NCBI GenBank assembly: GCA_012295275.1
Contig: CM022672.1
Span: forward strand, 25,978,001 to 26,042,000
Origin: Chrysomallon squamiferum
Lineage: Eukaryota > Animalia > Mollusca
DNA length: 64,000 nucleotides
Reading direction: 5' to 3'
In this document: positions 48,425 to 62,861 of the stretch, piece by piece
Layout of the letters: each line of letters begins with the position of its first letter
Position numbering within the stretch: the first letter of the stretch is position 1
Notes under the pieces: generated by a model
The model's input: only the letters and a program-made list of their open reading frames with translations
Database searches by the model: none
Told to the model about the DNA's origin: nothing
Position numbers and translations under genes: made by a program

Positions 48425-48500
48425 TACAAAGGAAGTAATGCTCAATGGAATGTGCGCATGCGTGACGCCATATTAGACCGGATTGGCTAATCGGCGGATG
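48425..48500 (+). promoter_or_regulatory. Housekeeping-type proximal promoter of the AP-3 mu gene
   Basis: Within ~60 bp, 90-145 bp upstream of the ATG: AGGAAGT (ETS) 48430-48436, TGCGCATGCG (NRF1) 48453-48462, TGACG, CGCCATATT (YY1-like) 48466-48474 and ATTGG (inverted CCAAT) 48482-48486. Confidence 0.65.
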
Positions 48501-48573
48501 CTGTTTATGTAGTTTTGTCCAGTTTTCTCTGTATTGTTTACAGTTTGTGCTCGTGAGATATATTTTATTAAAG

Positions 48574-51500
48574 ATGATTCACAGCTTGTTTATTATTAAT
48601 AACACAGGGTAAGAATATATTTTATTGTTAAATTATTAAAATACTTCATTTAATCGGTTGCAGAAACAGAATTCTTTCAACATCCTGCTGTCTGCTAATT
48701 TGACGTGGATCATATGTTCTTTTATCATTTAATATTGATGTATGATCGAATTTAGTTTACAGTACCTTAATACTAATAATTCTATGTCAGTCGAGGATTC
48801 CATTAGGCATAAAATTTAATCCATTCTAAATTGCTGTACTCATAATTCCTCAAAATTCCTTTTAACCGATCTAAGAATAATTGTAACAATTTTTGATTGC
48901 CGGCCGTCCCTCCTCCCAACAGTTACCCACACATCAAAATGTATAATTTTGCTATCTTCAGCGGCTTTTCCTTTTTATCGTTAAGATGAATGTTGTTATT
49001 CATTTCAACATAACAAACAACTTTTATTTCAAACCCCCAAAAATATATTTTGTTAGAAGTGAAAGTATGAAATAGTTCATAAACTGGCATTTTGAAGTAA
49101 TGATTATGATATTAAAAAAATAAATAAATAAAATGTTTCCACTCTAAAAGTCAATGTATTGAGAAGTTTATTCACTGAGGTGTATATCAAGATATATCTT
49201 ATGTACAGTATTTCCCAACAACAGACTGTCATTGTGATAGTAATGTATTCCAAATAAATTTATATCCTGTCTGAGTGTCTCATAAAACATTTAAAGAATG
49301 ATTTCATGATTATGTGAACAGTTTTGACAAGAATCAGTATTAAGTGTAATTTTGCTGCATTTATTTATTTTTTTTTTATTAAATAAAGTTAGTTTAAATA
49401 TTTACTTTAAGATTTTTTTATAAGTGTCATTGATGTTATCATTTATTTTTTACTCTGTATCAAGATTTGCATTTTATTATTAATAACAATAATAATAATA
49501 AAAATATAATATATATAATTAACTCATCTTTTACTTGTAGGGATGTTTTTATGGAAAAGCACTGGAAAAGTGTGGTCCATAAATCCATATGTGATTATTT
49601 TTTTGAAACTCAAAGCAAGGTTTGTTTTCTACATTGATTGCTTTTTACTTGAACATATTGTTACAATGCTAATAATTATGTTTTACTAATAAAAGTATAC
49701 ATTTTATCCAGGGGTAATTATTGCCTGCTTTAATGGGGTTTTTTCATTTCATTCATTAAACATATACAGATATACTACTGATCATTTTTTAAACATATAT
49801 TACTGTAGACATGTAACAATACCAGACTAAATATAAACAATACAAATGGTATTAGAAAATCCCAAAATTCATATCCATAAAATAATAATGAATTTTTTTT
49901 TTCTCCTCAATATGTAAAATATATTTTTCAGTTTTCTTCATTCGAAGATGTGCCTCCAGTGATATCAACTCCTCATCATTATCTCATCAATATTTACAGA
50001 AACAACATGTACTTTGTAGCTGTTGTTACTACAGAAGGTGAATTTATGATTAGTTAATAAAAACAAATAACTTTGATTCCTCTCTCATCAGTATTTGTTA
50101 CTGTTGTTCCCACTTCAGACCAAAACAGCTAAACAAGAAAACAGGAATATTGGATCTGTTCTCCTTATCTTGCTGTCTGGGCTTTTTCTTGGTTTATTAC
50201 AAGATGTCATAAATATCTTCCTTTGTTGGACAGCATATATCAAAAGATCCCCAAAAGAGTAACTTGTGATATGGTTGCACCATGTTTTTCCTTTAGTATT
50301 AATATATAAAAAGTTTACATATATTGCGCATTAAAAACAAATGCTTTAAATATTTTAAATTTGTAGATTATAAGATTATTACAATTTTGCTGAGCTTAAT
50401 TTCATTGGGTTTATATTTACCTCAACCACATTATAATGGGATTATAAAATACTGATGAATCTGTTACGTGGTTAAATTTCTTTTCTTTTTTTTCATTAAC
50501 CTATTAATAACATGATTTATATATCAGTAGTTTCCAGCATTTCATTATTTATCTTTAATTAATTATTAATTTATATTTATATCTTTATATTTATTTTAAT
50601 AGTTTTAAGTAAAACCAGAGACAGATTAAGATAGAATGAATTTTTATAATTAAAATTTATACTATTATTATACCTATATTGTTTAATGTGAACTAAAACA
50701 AAAGCAGCTAACAAATATGTATGATTTCACTGTAAGTATAAAAATCAATGTATTTTTCAGTTCCTCCACTGTTTGTGATTGAGTTCTTACACAGAATATG
50801 TGACACATTTGAAGACTATTTCACTGAATGTACTGAATCACAACTCAAAGAACATTATGTCATTGTGTATGAGGTACAATATTCTTTTCAAATATTTTAT
50901 CATTGTTTATAATATAGTTTTTTGAAACCATGCTAGATACATATTCTTAATTATTTATTTACAAAAATGTTAAATTTATATAATTTGTTATTCTGTTTTG
51001 CAGCTGTTAGATGAAATGCTAGACAATGGTTTCCCACTAGCAGTTGAATCTAACGTGTTGAAAGAGTTGATTAAACCACCTACATTCCTTAGAACAATCA
51101 CAGACACTGTCATGGGGAAATCAACTAGGTAAAGTTACTGTTATTAGACTTTTAGTGCAAGCTGTTGTTATATGTCAGTCATATGATTGTAAAGTAAAAA
51201 GTATTTGAGACCAGATAACATAACGTTTGTTAGATTTCTGTGTTAATCATTATTATTTTCTCAATGAAAATATATGAGAGAGAAGAATAAATGATAGCAG
51301 ACAACCATGTTTTAAAAATAATATATCTGGAGATAACATAGATTCTTATTTCAGTAAAAAAAACCGACTGTGAATAAACTCTATTTTTCAGTGTTAGTGG
51401 CACGCTTCCTACTGGACAGTTATCTAATGTACCATGGCGAAGGACTGGAGTCAAGTATACAAATAATGAAGCCTATTTTGATGTGATTGAAGAAATAGAT

Positions 51501-54500
51501 GCAATTATTGACAAATCTGGGACAACAGTTATTTGTGAAATTCAAGGTTATGTAAGTTACAATTTACTTAATTTTATTAAGTGTGTCTTTTTATTTCATT
51601 GATTTTAATGAATGTTTTTTAACTTTGGTTTGTTTACAAGGGCAACCAACTATTTTTTAATGTACATTTTGTATTATTTTTATTTGTTTATTTATATACA
51701 GACAGATGAGCATCTTGGCAGAAGCAGGTTGTTATAGTATCTTACATATGGTTAAAGTTTCTATGAACTGTTAATATTACTGTAAAAAAGAATATTTCTA
51801 GATTAAGAAAACCCAACAGAACACTTTATTAGTTTATATAAAATGTATTTTTCAAGGTGGATTGTCTTATTAAACTGAGTGGCATGCCTGACCTGACACT
51901 GTCATTTATCAACCCTCGACTGTTAGATGACTGCAGCTTCCATCCCTGTGTCAGATTCAAACGCTGGGAGGTATTCACATTTTGTGTCTTTAGACTCTTT
52001 TATATTCAGTGATAAAGAAAAATTGCGATAATTTACAAAAATGTAGTTAGCTAAATGAAGTAATGTACCACCTAGATTTGATTTTATCAATTAATGTTAT
52101 TACTGTTTACAACATAATTATTCTCTTCTATTTAAAGAAAATACATTTATTATTTTGTCATTTCTTAATTAATTTAATAACTTTAATTTAATTACTACTA
52201 AATGATTTCAGAATGAACGTATACTCTCATTTGTACCCCCTGATGGACATTTTCGTTTGATGTCTTATCACATAGGAACTCAAAAGTAAGTATTGAGAAG
52301 AGAGATAACTGTTAATTTATTTTTTGGCTTACTCGGTTACTGGTAAAACTATTTCATTCCATAAGTATTTCAGTAATATTTATGTTTTCATTCTATCTAC
52401 TCCCAATCCATCCAGTGTCACATGTCAGTTATCAAAATCTGTTATATATTTTCTTGTCTGTGGAAAGGGACTTATGAAAGATGTCTTGATCTTACTGAAA
52501 AAACAGAAGCACTTAGTGTGGTAGTAGAAGATTTCTTCTTTTTGATTTAGACAATATCATTCTTAACCATATTTATTACCCAAATAAAAATGTTAGAGTG
52601 GGTCATTAAGCAAAACATTTCTTCTGTCCTATTATTTCCTCATTTTCTTTCTGTTTTAAATTTGTATGATAAAGAGATAATTAAGTTTATGGAGAAGTAG
52701 TGTTAAACTGTATTGTATTTAAGAAACTCAATTTTCTGTTCAAAAAACATTGAAACAAACAAGACAATTATTGAAGGAGAAATTGTTTTTAAGTAATTCA
52801 GTACCATAATTGCCTGGTAATTGTTTTTCCCTTTCCAGCATGGTTGCCATTCCTGTCTATCTTAGACATAACATTTCATTCAGAGAAGGTAGTTCTGGAA
52901 GATTTGACGTGACTATAGGACCAAAACAGACAATGGGAAAAACTGTGCGTAATTTCTAATCCATGATATATTCTGTGTAGCCATTCTAAATTTTGAATTA
53001 ATTTATATAGAGATATTAGTAATCTATAAAATTCAAACCATTTTGAGTTCAGTAGAAGAAGACCAATATTGGTCAGTTGTTTATTATTTTATTTCTAGAA
53101 AAAGATATTTCATAAACTGCTGTTTCATATTACATGTACAAGTTGTTTGTTTAAGTTTTTTTAATGTAATGAATTATTTTAAACTGAAGAAAAGAACAGC
53201 AAATATGTCGTTCTTTCTGTTGTAGGTTGAAAATGTTGTTGTTGAAGTTCCATTTCCAAAGTCTGTGTTAAATGTAACACTGACACCAAATCAAGGAAAA
53301 TATTCATTTGATCCTGTCACAAAACTCATGTCCTGGGATGTTGGCAAGATTGATCCCACTAAACTTCCAAATATCAAAGGAAATGTAAATATAATTCTAT
53401 AATATAGAAAATTAAAAGTTACAGTTACAAGTAATATGCAGTATTTGTTTAATCTGTGCATTCCACTATGCAGTAGAAATTAGTCTTTTGACACTTCTAG
53501 TTAATGGACACTTTACTATAATAAATAACAACACTATTTATAGATGTTTATTATAGAATGGAGGAGAAGAAAGACCATTTTTTGGTGAAACATTGTTATT
53601 TATCAAAATAAAGAATTGCAAAGCTCTGCACTGAGGTGTTGTAAACATTCAGTCGTGTATTTTTAGTTATTTCTGTCCAAACTGTCCATCTGTTATCATA
53701 GCATGCTAAGTAGTTATCAGTTACCATAAATATAACAGTCTTTAACAATACATACTTGTTGTAGACTACATATTTCATTCATATGCATTTATACTGCATC
53801 TTTTTCAAATACTGAAAATTGTTAAATTTTTTCAGATCATATTACAAACAGGAGCGCCTATTCCAGAATCTAATCCTGTTTGTACAGTAAGTATTACATA
53901 TTTAATGTTTATTATTCATTTTTTTGTTTTTGTATCATTAAATATTTCTTTTTGTATTCTTATCTTGCTTCTTTATCAAGCACTTGGTTCTCTTATAACA
54001 ATTATTATAAATAACTACATATATGTTAAAAAATGTACTGTATTTCAGTACATTAGTGATTTAAAACTTTCTTCATTGTCTTCTCTCTTATTTTTTTGGT
54101 TTAGTAAGTTTCATTGAAAATGTTTGTTTTATTTGGGTTTTTTTTAAATATTTGAAAAGGTCTGTGGTAAATTTTCAGTTTTTCCATGTTTTTACAGGTA
54201 ATGTTCACAATAAGTCAGTTAGCTGTCTCTGGGTTGAAGGTCAATCGTCTTGACATGTATGGAGAAGTAAGTCTTTTCAGTATACATTCCTTGTCAAAAT
54301 ATTTCCCTTAAATAGGTTTATACTCTGTTTTATTTATTAACATTGTTTCTCTGTCTTCTAGAAATGTCTGTGTTTGTAATATCAGATTAATAAACTGAAA
54401 ACAGTTAAATATCATAGTTACAAGAATAAAAACTTACAATGTACTTCCGAAATTTCATTAGATATAGAAAAGAGAAATTTCAGTCATTCTTTTTTCATCC

Positions 54501-57242
54501 TGTTTTGTTTTAGAATTTAGTCAGATTTGAAATTTATTTAAATATTTCAGTTAAATATTGTAGATTTTAATAGGTGTAGAAGCTTTTAATTATTATTATT
54601 ATTTTTTATTTTATTTTTTTTTTTTTGGTCCAATTGGGCCATTGTAAATTAAATGGTAAATGTTCATCTTAAATTAATTTAATACATTGTGATTTTTAGC
54701 AAAATGCTGTTCAGTTTTTGTTTTTATATTTCCATGATATTAAAAGTATTTCAACTTAAGTATTGTGTGTGTATAAATGAGCAAAAAATGCAGTTTTCTT
54801 TTCAAAAATAAAAGGAATTATCCATTATCGAACAAAATTTTAAGATTAACTTTGTGATGGCATTATTCGTAAATGTTTTTACTAATATTATTTAATTAAT
54901 GATGTATCATTAAAAAAAAACTGTTTTGCTGAATTATATGAACTGACTAATGATTTTTATTACCTATTTACTGATCATTGTAAGCTGGAGCAAAACAACA
55001 ACAACAACAACAACAAGAATGTCATACTTTTAATATAGACTTTATCTAGAATAATAGAAAATTAATTTTTAAAAAATAATACCCAATTTGTTTTGCTTTA
55101 AACAGAATAGTGACAAAGTGAGTAACTATTTTAAAAGTGTTTTGTGAAGACTTGTTTTTCTAGATTTGTTTACTAACATTGTCAGTGTTACTAAGGAAAG
55201 CTGTATTAATAGGCCATGCATTGGTGTACTGTGTATTTCTCCTTTTCACTCACTGTCAGATTTAGAGGTGTTGGTTTTGCATTGAACTGTTGTTTAGAAT
55301 AGCTGTCGCAATACACAGGACACAACTGGAACTGTCAAAGTGTTAAAACAGTTTGTCTTCACAGAAAATGTTTCATTTGAACTTTGAATTTCAATCACAT
55401 TATGTCAGTATTTTATTTAACAGTTTTTTAATATTTTTAATCGTTTTTTATTTGTTTTTATTTTTTTTTTTTTTTAATCTTCTAAGATATTTTGTGCATT
55501 GGTCTTTTTTTTCCCTTTAATTCGTTTTTAACAATATATTTTTATCGGTATATTTTAACAGAAGTTAGATTAATAAAATGTACAATGACAAATAACAATG
55601 ACAAATAACACTTCATTTCACTGATCATAGGTTTCCTTCATTTTAATCATAAATGTTTGCATGCAACAGTTACAGGTACTGGAGTAAAAAAAATTCAAAT
55701 TCAAACAATATACAATGGATTCAATGATCCATGTTTTCATTATAAAATATATGAAATCCTTACATAAAGAAGGGGTAAATTACTGGAGTCTAAAAGCTTG
55801 TAATTATGTAAAGGAAGTTTTTAAAAATTCTTCGGGCAACAATCTTTATGCATATTATATATTATATTTACGAGACCATTATTTCCAATCAGATGATTGT
55901 GTTTTCAGATTGAGGGAAAAAACAATTAAGAAATAACAAATTTGCTAATAACAGTAACTTTGAGAGATGTTTATTACAGCAGATATTGTGAACTTGGAAT
56001 TTGCAACTGAATCATAATTTTTTATTTCATCTTTTAAAATTTCAGAATTTTTCAAATACAAATTTATTATTATTAATAATTAGCTGTTTGTAGTTTATTG
56101 TGGGTTTTTTTTTTTTACCAAAAAATTAAGAAAAACTTTCTTCAGTTCAAATCAATTAGCTACATTAATTTAAAATAATTTTTTATTTTGAAAGTTATTT
56201 TAAAATTTAATAAATTTGATGGATAATGCATGCTGCTGTTTGAAAGCATGTATTTATGGGTTGTAATGAAATATTGTTTATTTTATGATAAATGACTTAT
56301 TTTTCATATACATTTAATGCAGCATGGACATTATGTAGCATGTGGTTTTAGTTTCTTTTTTTTTCTTTTTTTTGTTGAGCAGATGTTTTTGCATAAGCTA
56401 ATATTTTAACATTGCATAATTTGAAAGTACATTTTAAGAATAACTAATTGTTTGAAAGGCATCTGCATCTTGTAATATAAGAATTCATACAATAATTTGT
56501 TTTAAATGGATTTTTAAAATCCATTTTGTTTTAAATCATCATGGTCTTGTTTTAATAATTTATGTGGGCATTTAAACTTTATTATGAAACAATATTGATC
56601 TTATTTTTATTTTTAATTTCAGTTACATGATTTTCCTTATGTTCTCTTTTGTTTTCAAATAGTGTATTACATAAAGTGCATTAGAATACTTGCATAAAAT
56701 AATGAAGATTTTGTTTTTCTTAGATGAAAGAATGAACATCATGTGTTAATAATAAGAAGTTTGTTTTAAAACCTAAACACAATTATGACATTTGTTTTGA
56801 AACATGCAGTGTTCCCAAATATTTTGAAAGATATTATTGTTTCCTTTTGTTTTATTTTTATTTCTATTTCTATTTTTATTTTATTTTTAGCTAAGAATGT
56901 TCCAAATTCATGAGTGATCAGTTTGACTCATTCCTTGGCTACATACCTAAACCAGAGCAAATGAAAATAACACTGAATTTAACATTTTTGTTTTTGTGAA
57001 ATTTTATCGGTATCAAATTAATATATTTATGACATCAGTTTTTGTTCACAGCTGAACTTAATAATTTGAAATACTCTGTGGAAATATTTCAGATTGTAGT
57101 ATTTTCCCAAATATAATTAATTCAAAGGATTTTTAAATTTCTTTTTATTTATCCAACACTTCTGTTGTATTTTCAGAAATACAAACCTTTCAAAGGTGTG
57201 AAGTACATGACTCGAGCTGGCAAGTTTCAAGTGAGGACGTGA
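48574..57242 (+). CDS. AP3M1: AP-3 adaptor complex subunit mu, complete, 13 exons, 418 aa
   Basis: Exons 48574-48608, 49541-49619, 49932-50037, 50761-50873, 51004-51128, 51392-51551, 51857-51970, 52212-52285, 52839-52944, 53226-53384, 53836-53886, 54198-54266, 57177-57242 sum to 1257 nt. Translation MIHSLFIINNTGDVFMEKHWKSVV...VPPLFVIEFLHR...EMLDNGFPL...PTGQLSNVPWRRTGVKYTNNEAYFD...SGLKVNRLDMYGEKYKPFKGVKYMTRAGKFQVRT* is AP-3 mu (co-orthologue of vertebrate AP3M1/AP3M2). Confidence 0.97.
52395..52625 (+). mobile_element. Degenerate SINE-like relic (core and 3' tail) in AP3M intron 8
   Basis: Ordered decayed motifs CCAGTG..TATCAAA..TGTCTGTGGAAAG..AAAGAT..CTTAACCATAT..AAATAAAAATGTTAGAGTGGGTCATTAAGCAAAACATTTCTTC; loosely matches 16310-16420, 19111-19150 (reverse) and ~50230-50295. 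Confidence 0.5.
55106..55117 (+). other. Candidate 12-nt alternative microexon of AP-3 mu (encodes NSDK)
   Basis: tttgttttgctttaaacag|AATAGTGACAAA|gtgagt: pyrimidine tract, CAG acceptor, consensus donor; frame-preserving in a phase-0 intron. Confidence 0.5.
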
Positions 57243-59119
57243 AACAAAAACATTGATGTGTGAACATAAAAACTGTTTTCTAACACAGATGCAGAAAAAT
57301 AGTTTTATTTGGAGATAAAGGGAACAGTATAGTGCACTGCAAATGAAATAACTGTCATGGACAACAGTTAGACTTTGTGGAGATTATAACTCTACTGAAA
57401 GACACCAGAAATATTAAATTTATTATTATGATGTTGTTGTTATATCACTGAGAAAATGTATTGTATCATGTGTACATTCTTTTTATCATGATGGTCATGC
57501 AAACACTGTTTGCTTCTTTCTAAAGGAAGTTTAAATTACCGCAAGATGATTATGTTTTCTTCGTGATTAAAACTATAGAATGTGTACGTGTTGTTTCTGT
57601 AAATCGTGATTCAATCATAAAAATGTAGGCTTGAAAATATAAAGAATGAGTCAGTTGTGTAATTGTTCAGTGGAATTATTTATGTTGTTTTGTTTTAAAG
57701 ATGAAGGTCCATTTTAAAGATTTATTAAAGTGAAAGAAATCTTTATTCAGAAATAAATATCACATTTGATATTCACTTAACTGATTGTTTTGTTGTATTG
57801 TTGATTGTTTTGAGTATTTAGGTTGTTCTCATGTTTCATTTTAATTCCTGTGGACAAACACACTATATCAATGAGTAATAGTGAAAAATAACTAAATTGT
57901 AATCCATGGATTACCTATATGTATAAATTAAATTTTGTAAATTTTATTGTAGTTTAAAAATTAGGGTAACTGAACCCTTTCATTATTGTAATTTTTGAAA
58001 TACATTTTAATTTCAGAAACATATGGAAGACAAATTTGTAATTGTATTTTAAATATATATATATATATATATATACATGTATAAGTGTTTATTTTTTGCA
58101 GAGTTTTGTTATTAATATATTTATTTTTTATTATTACTATAATATTTACTTATTTTTATTAATATACCATTGAAATCCTACTGCTTCAATATATACATTT
58201 ATTGTTAAATAAAAATGGGTTTCTGTAATTGACAATGGGTATTACTCAAACTTTATAAAGAAATTCAGATGTATATTAATGACATGATTTGTTATATTTG
58301 TTTGTTGTTATATATTTTAAATAATTATGTTATTGTCAGGAAAAATTAAACAATGGAATATATCAACACAGTTGTTGGATTTCTTTTCCTTTTTTTTAGC
58401 TATTATATATATATAAAAACTTTATTCTTTGTATTTTTTAACATGTGATCCAAAATATACAGGGAATCTGTTATAACAGTCTCTTTGTCATTCGTGCAAG
58501 TAATGTAGTTCTGGAAATAAAACTCGGAATAATAGAAGAATAAAAAAAAATAATTGTAATTTAAACACAAACCCAAAGGAGAATTAAACTTTATATGTTT
58601 ATTACTCTTTCTGTAAACATATGTACAAATTTTATCGATAACGGTGATAAATGACATCACTATGAAAATCCAAAAAGTGTTTTCAATGAAATGTTAACGA
58701 CAAATGAATGTTTTCAATCACTTTTGCCTTTCCAAGTGATATGTTTAAGGAGATTAAACACATAACAGTATTATGGATTAATGCTTACTAAGATCCAAAT
58801 TACAAAATTAGAACAAACATTCTACTCCTGTTTTTAAGGTAATGAATTTATTTTTTTCTGGAACAGAAGATAAATTCTCAATTCTAGAAAAACAATAGTG
58901 TTTTTCCAATACTTAACATTTATTTGATGTATTTATTTCATATTAACAACAAAAAGACATTCACTCCTAATTTTTCATGATTCCTTTACAAATGAATGCA
59001 TGGTCCACAAACACTATTGCACTGAACTGTTCATGAGTCATATTCAGATAATGAATGCAAAGGCAATAACTCACAGTTTTTCAGGAAAATGTAAACTTGT
59101 CTCACTGATCCTTTATGGC

Positions 59120-59752
59120 ATCTGTTCAGGATATGCAAAACTCACATTTGTACATAAATAATTCGTATTCAGGATTTAAAAACAGCCATGAAAGTTCATA
59201 TTTATGAAAATACTGATTTACGTTTGGAATTTAAAGAATATGCATTCAGGATATGTAATGAATGTCACAATGAGAATGAAAGTTTATATTCAGATATGTA
59301 ATGAATGTCATGTTAAGAATATATGCAAGTTCATATTCAGAATATGTAATGATCATTCACATTACATATAATGAGAATTGATATTCAGGATAGGCCCCTA
59401 TGTAATGATCATTCACATTAAAAAGGATGTATAATGCGAGTTTACATTCAGGATATGTAATGATAATTCACTTTAAGGATATATAATGAGTTCATATGAA
59501 GGATGTGTGAATTCGCATTCATAATAAATGATGAGATTTCATGTTTAGAATATGTAATGATCACATTCAGGATATATAATGAGAGTTCATTTTCAGGATA
59601 TGTAATGATCATTCACATTCAGTATATACAATGAGAGTAATCATGTTCAGAATAGGCAATAAGTGTTCATATTCGGGGTATGTGAACTCATATTCAGGGT
59701 ATGTGAACTCACATTCAGGATATGTAATGACTTGATATTCAGGATATGTAGA
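59120..59752. repeat. Degenerate minisatellite (core ATTCAGGATATGTAATGA) in the 3' UTR of the whirlin-like gene
   Basis: The core motif and its variants recur well over ten times and abut the stop codon at 59753. Confidence 0.85.
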
Positions 59753-60049
59753 CTATGTAGCAGACAGTTCCTGAATGACTTCAGGCTTGACGAGATCTTT
59801 CATAGTTCCTGTGATTGTTACTCCTGTCTCTGTCACTAACAGCTCCATTTTCGGTAACTGTTTATTTTTGAATGACTCTGCTATCACCTTAGCAACCTGT
59901 GTGTGCTCCAAACCCACCACCGTTTGTCCATTTACCTCCAGAATAATGTGACCCACTTTCAGTCCCCCTGATTCAAATGCTGAACCTCCTGGCTGTAAAA
60001 ATATTAAATCATAACATTACTTAACAATTTATAATTATATCAAATGCAA

Positions 60050-60082
<33 letters not shown>

Positions 60083-60409
60083 AACATACGTTTTTACCAA
60101 CAATTATTTAAATGTTTTTTGTATACTGATAGTAAGAAAAAACTACTACCAGTTCAGTTTATATCAAATACACAGAAAGACTTTTTTACATTTCTTATTT
60201 TAAAACAGTAATAAATAAACAATATATTAATTTTCAGAGAAAGTAAACTAGTGAGATACCTGTACATTGATGACACGAGGGAGTGGTTGTCGAGTGTTGG
60301 CCCCACCCTCGATGGCAAGACCCAGAGTTGGTTTAGTGCGATAAATGTTAACATACTCCAAAGGAATATCACCATATTTCTCCTTGGCAATACTCTTTTT
60401 GTTTCCTTC
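59753..60409 (-). CDS. WHRN: Whirlin-like PDZ scaffold, last two exons (60409-60260, 59992-59753) encoding the C-terminal PDZ3; rest of gene beyond the window
   Basis: Spliced: EGNKKSIAKEKYGDIPLEYVNIYRTKPTLGLAIEGGANTRQPLPRVINVQ|PGGSAFESGGLKVGHIILEVNGQTVVGLEHTQVAKVIAESFKNKQLPKMELLVTE...ELSAT*. LG(L/I)AIEGGANTRQPLPR and LKVGH.ILEVNG are characteristic of whirlin PDZ3. Confidence 0.88.
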
Positions 60410-62795
60410 CTTTAAAAACAATAAAAAAAAAAATGTTAAAAAATGAAGCAAATGAAACCATATATTAAAAAAAGCTTACAATTCCTGATGAATAAATCAT
60501 AAATTAAAAATGCAGATTATAAAAATAAATAAATCCAGAGGATGGATACTTTCTGAAATGTTATATAAAAGATTATATATATATATATAATATGTAATAA
60601 TAATAAATTTAAATTATGAATCAAAGCAGATGCAGACCTTTTCATTTTGATGGAAGATAATCATTTCCACTTCAGTGTAAACAGAAGGTCGTGGCAGAAT
60701 TAGTGGTTTCACTGACAAACACCCATCCATAATTTACACAGAAACTTTACAATGTGCATACACACTGTTATCAACTGACACTAAGTTAAAACTACACTTT
60801 CAGTAGGTAACATGTATCAGTCCTCAGTGAATTTCTTCTTTGTCAGTCATCCATAATTTATTAATACATGAGCATTAACACTGTGTAATTATGCAGATCT
60901 TGAATAACAAAATGACTCTCAAATCATATCGCTCCAGATGGATGCAAAATTAATCTTCAGAAAAATTTCATATCTGATTTTCATTCAGTGTTTTACACAA
61001 AAGTTATCACAGTCTAAATGTATTTGAGCATCACAGTATTTGAACGTTGAAAAAAGTTAAAACAGTAAAGAAATCAAATCACAGCAGATGTGATCAGAAT
61101 TTAGTCTTAACTGAATTTTTCTCAGACATCCATTAATCAACAATTTAACAAAAACTTGACCAGTGTCACCAACCGTTAACATAAAGACTAAACCTTTCAT
61201 GAACATGCCACAAATATGGCTTGAAATCGAAAAGCAGATGAAACATTAGTCATTAACTGACAGACATCTGATAATATTTATCCGTCAAAACATAAATCCT
61301 CTCAAATGAACTAAAACTACAAGTAATGTACACATGTTTCATCCTTCATTAATTAAACCAGCACAATGCAGTGTAAATAAATATATGTGTGTTCTGAAAA
61401 TCCAATCACATTAACGGATGTAGTCTTCTGGGAATCAATTCACTGGTAAACATCGTACAAATTATTAATGTGTGTAACATCATTCTATCAAAAATCTGAA
61501 TAATGTCATTAAATCACATCACAGTGGAAAGGGTACTAAATTTCGTAGGTATTGTTTGATGATTTCTCAAAGACCAGTCCATGATTCACAAACTAGTATT
61601 GAAAAGATTTTACATCAATCAGAAATCAGCGTAATTCTTTCAAAATAATTTTAAATCTAGTCACAGTGGAAAAATAGAAAAAATTAACTGAAGCAGTCTG
61701 TGAATTTTTGGCAATCATTTGTTACATAAGATATGCTGAAATAATGATGTGCAAACTATCTGCTAAATCTTAATAATCTCACAGAAATAATAATAAGAAT
61801 AATAATAAGAAAAAAATGAAGGAATAAATAAATGTCTTAAAATCCAAAAGTAATAAAGTAAAAATATCAGACTTAAAATCCAGGAAAATAAATAACAAAT
61901 TATGAGAATTAAATTATATAAAAATAAAAACAAAGTTAAAATCCAGTAATATTAAATAAATAAATGAATGTCTTAGAATCCAATTAGGTAAAATCAAAAA
62001 CAAAATTAACAGTAATACATAAATAAATAAATAAATATCCCAGAATCCACTAATAACAAGAGATATTTAAATCCAGTCACAGAAGATAAAATATCTGCAG
62101 AACCTCTGACTTTTATGCACGACAAATAACAAATAACACTGTTTCCAAACACTAACATTGGACCTGTACAAATAACACATATGTCAATTCAGTGCACACA
62201 AACTGCTAAATGTCACAAACTGCTCTCAGTAATTACCAACACTCTCTTTAATAACCCAGAACACAGATTTTAGGATTTAAACAAAATGTAAATCCCATGA
62301 GGGATTATTGATTCCACCTTTGATAGGTAGTCTGTTTGAAGGCAGGGAAAATCTGCAATAAGCCTATTGCTGTCATTATTGTCTGATTGTAAACACTGAC
62401 CAGAAACACAGAAAGGTGATACTGTCATAGATATAATTTGTTATTAATACTTAGCTGATATACTGATCAATATGGCAGAGCGAGAGAAAAACAAAAACAA
62501 AACAAAACATGAAAAAATGTTCAGCTTCATTATTGGGAAATACGATAAAGAGAATGGTTTTGATTTTATGTTGAAGATGAAAAAAAAAAATAAATAAATA
62601 CCATTAAATTATTTTATGTTTTGAAAGTTATTTGTTTATTTATTTGTTTGTTTTGTTTAACATTATCTTAAATATTTTTTCTTTTATAATTTATTTATTT
62701 TTTGTGTGTGTTTTATTGATAATCATTATTGTAATAATTAGATTGTGATGTATAAACACAAAATTACAGTTTGTAATTTTTAGTTAGTTATTATT

Positions 62796-62861
<66 letters not shown>

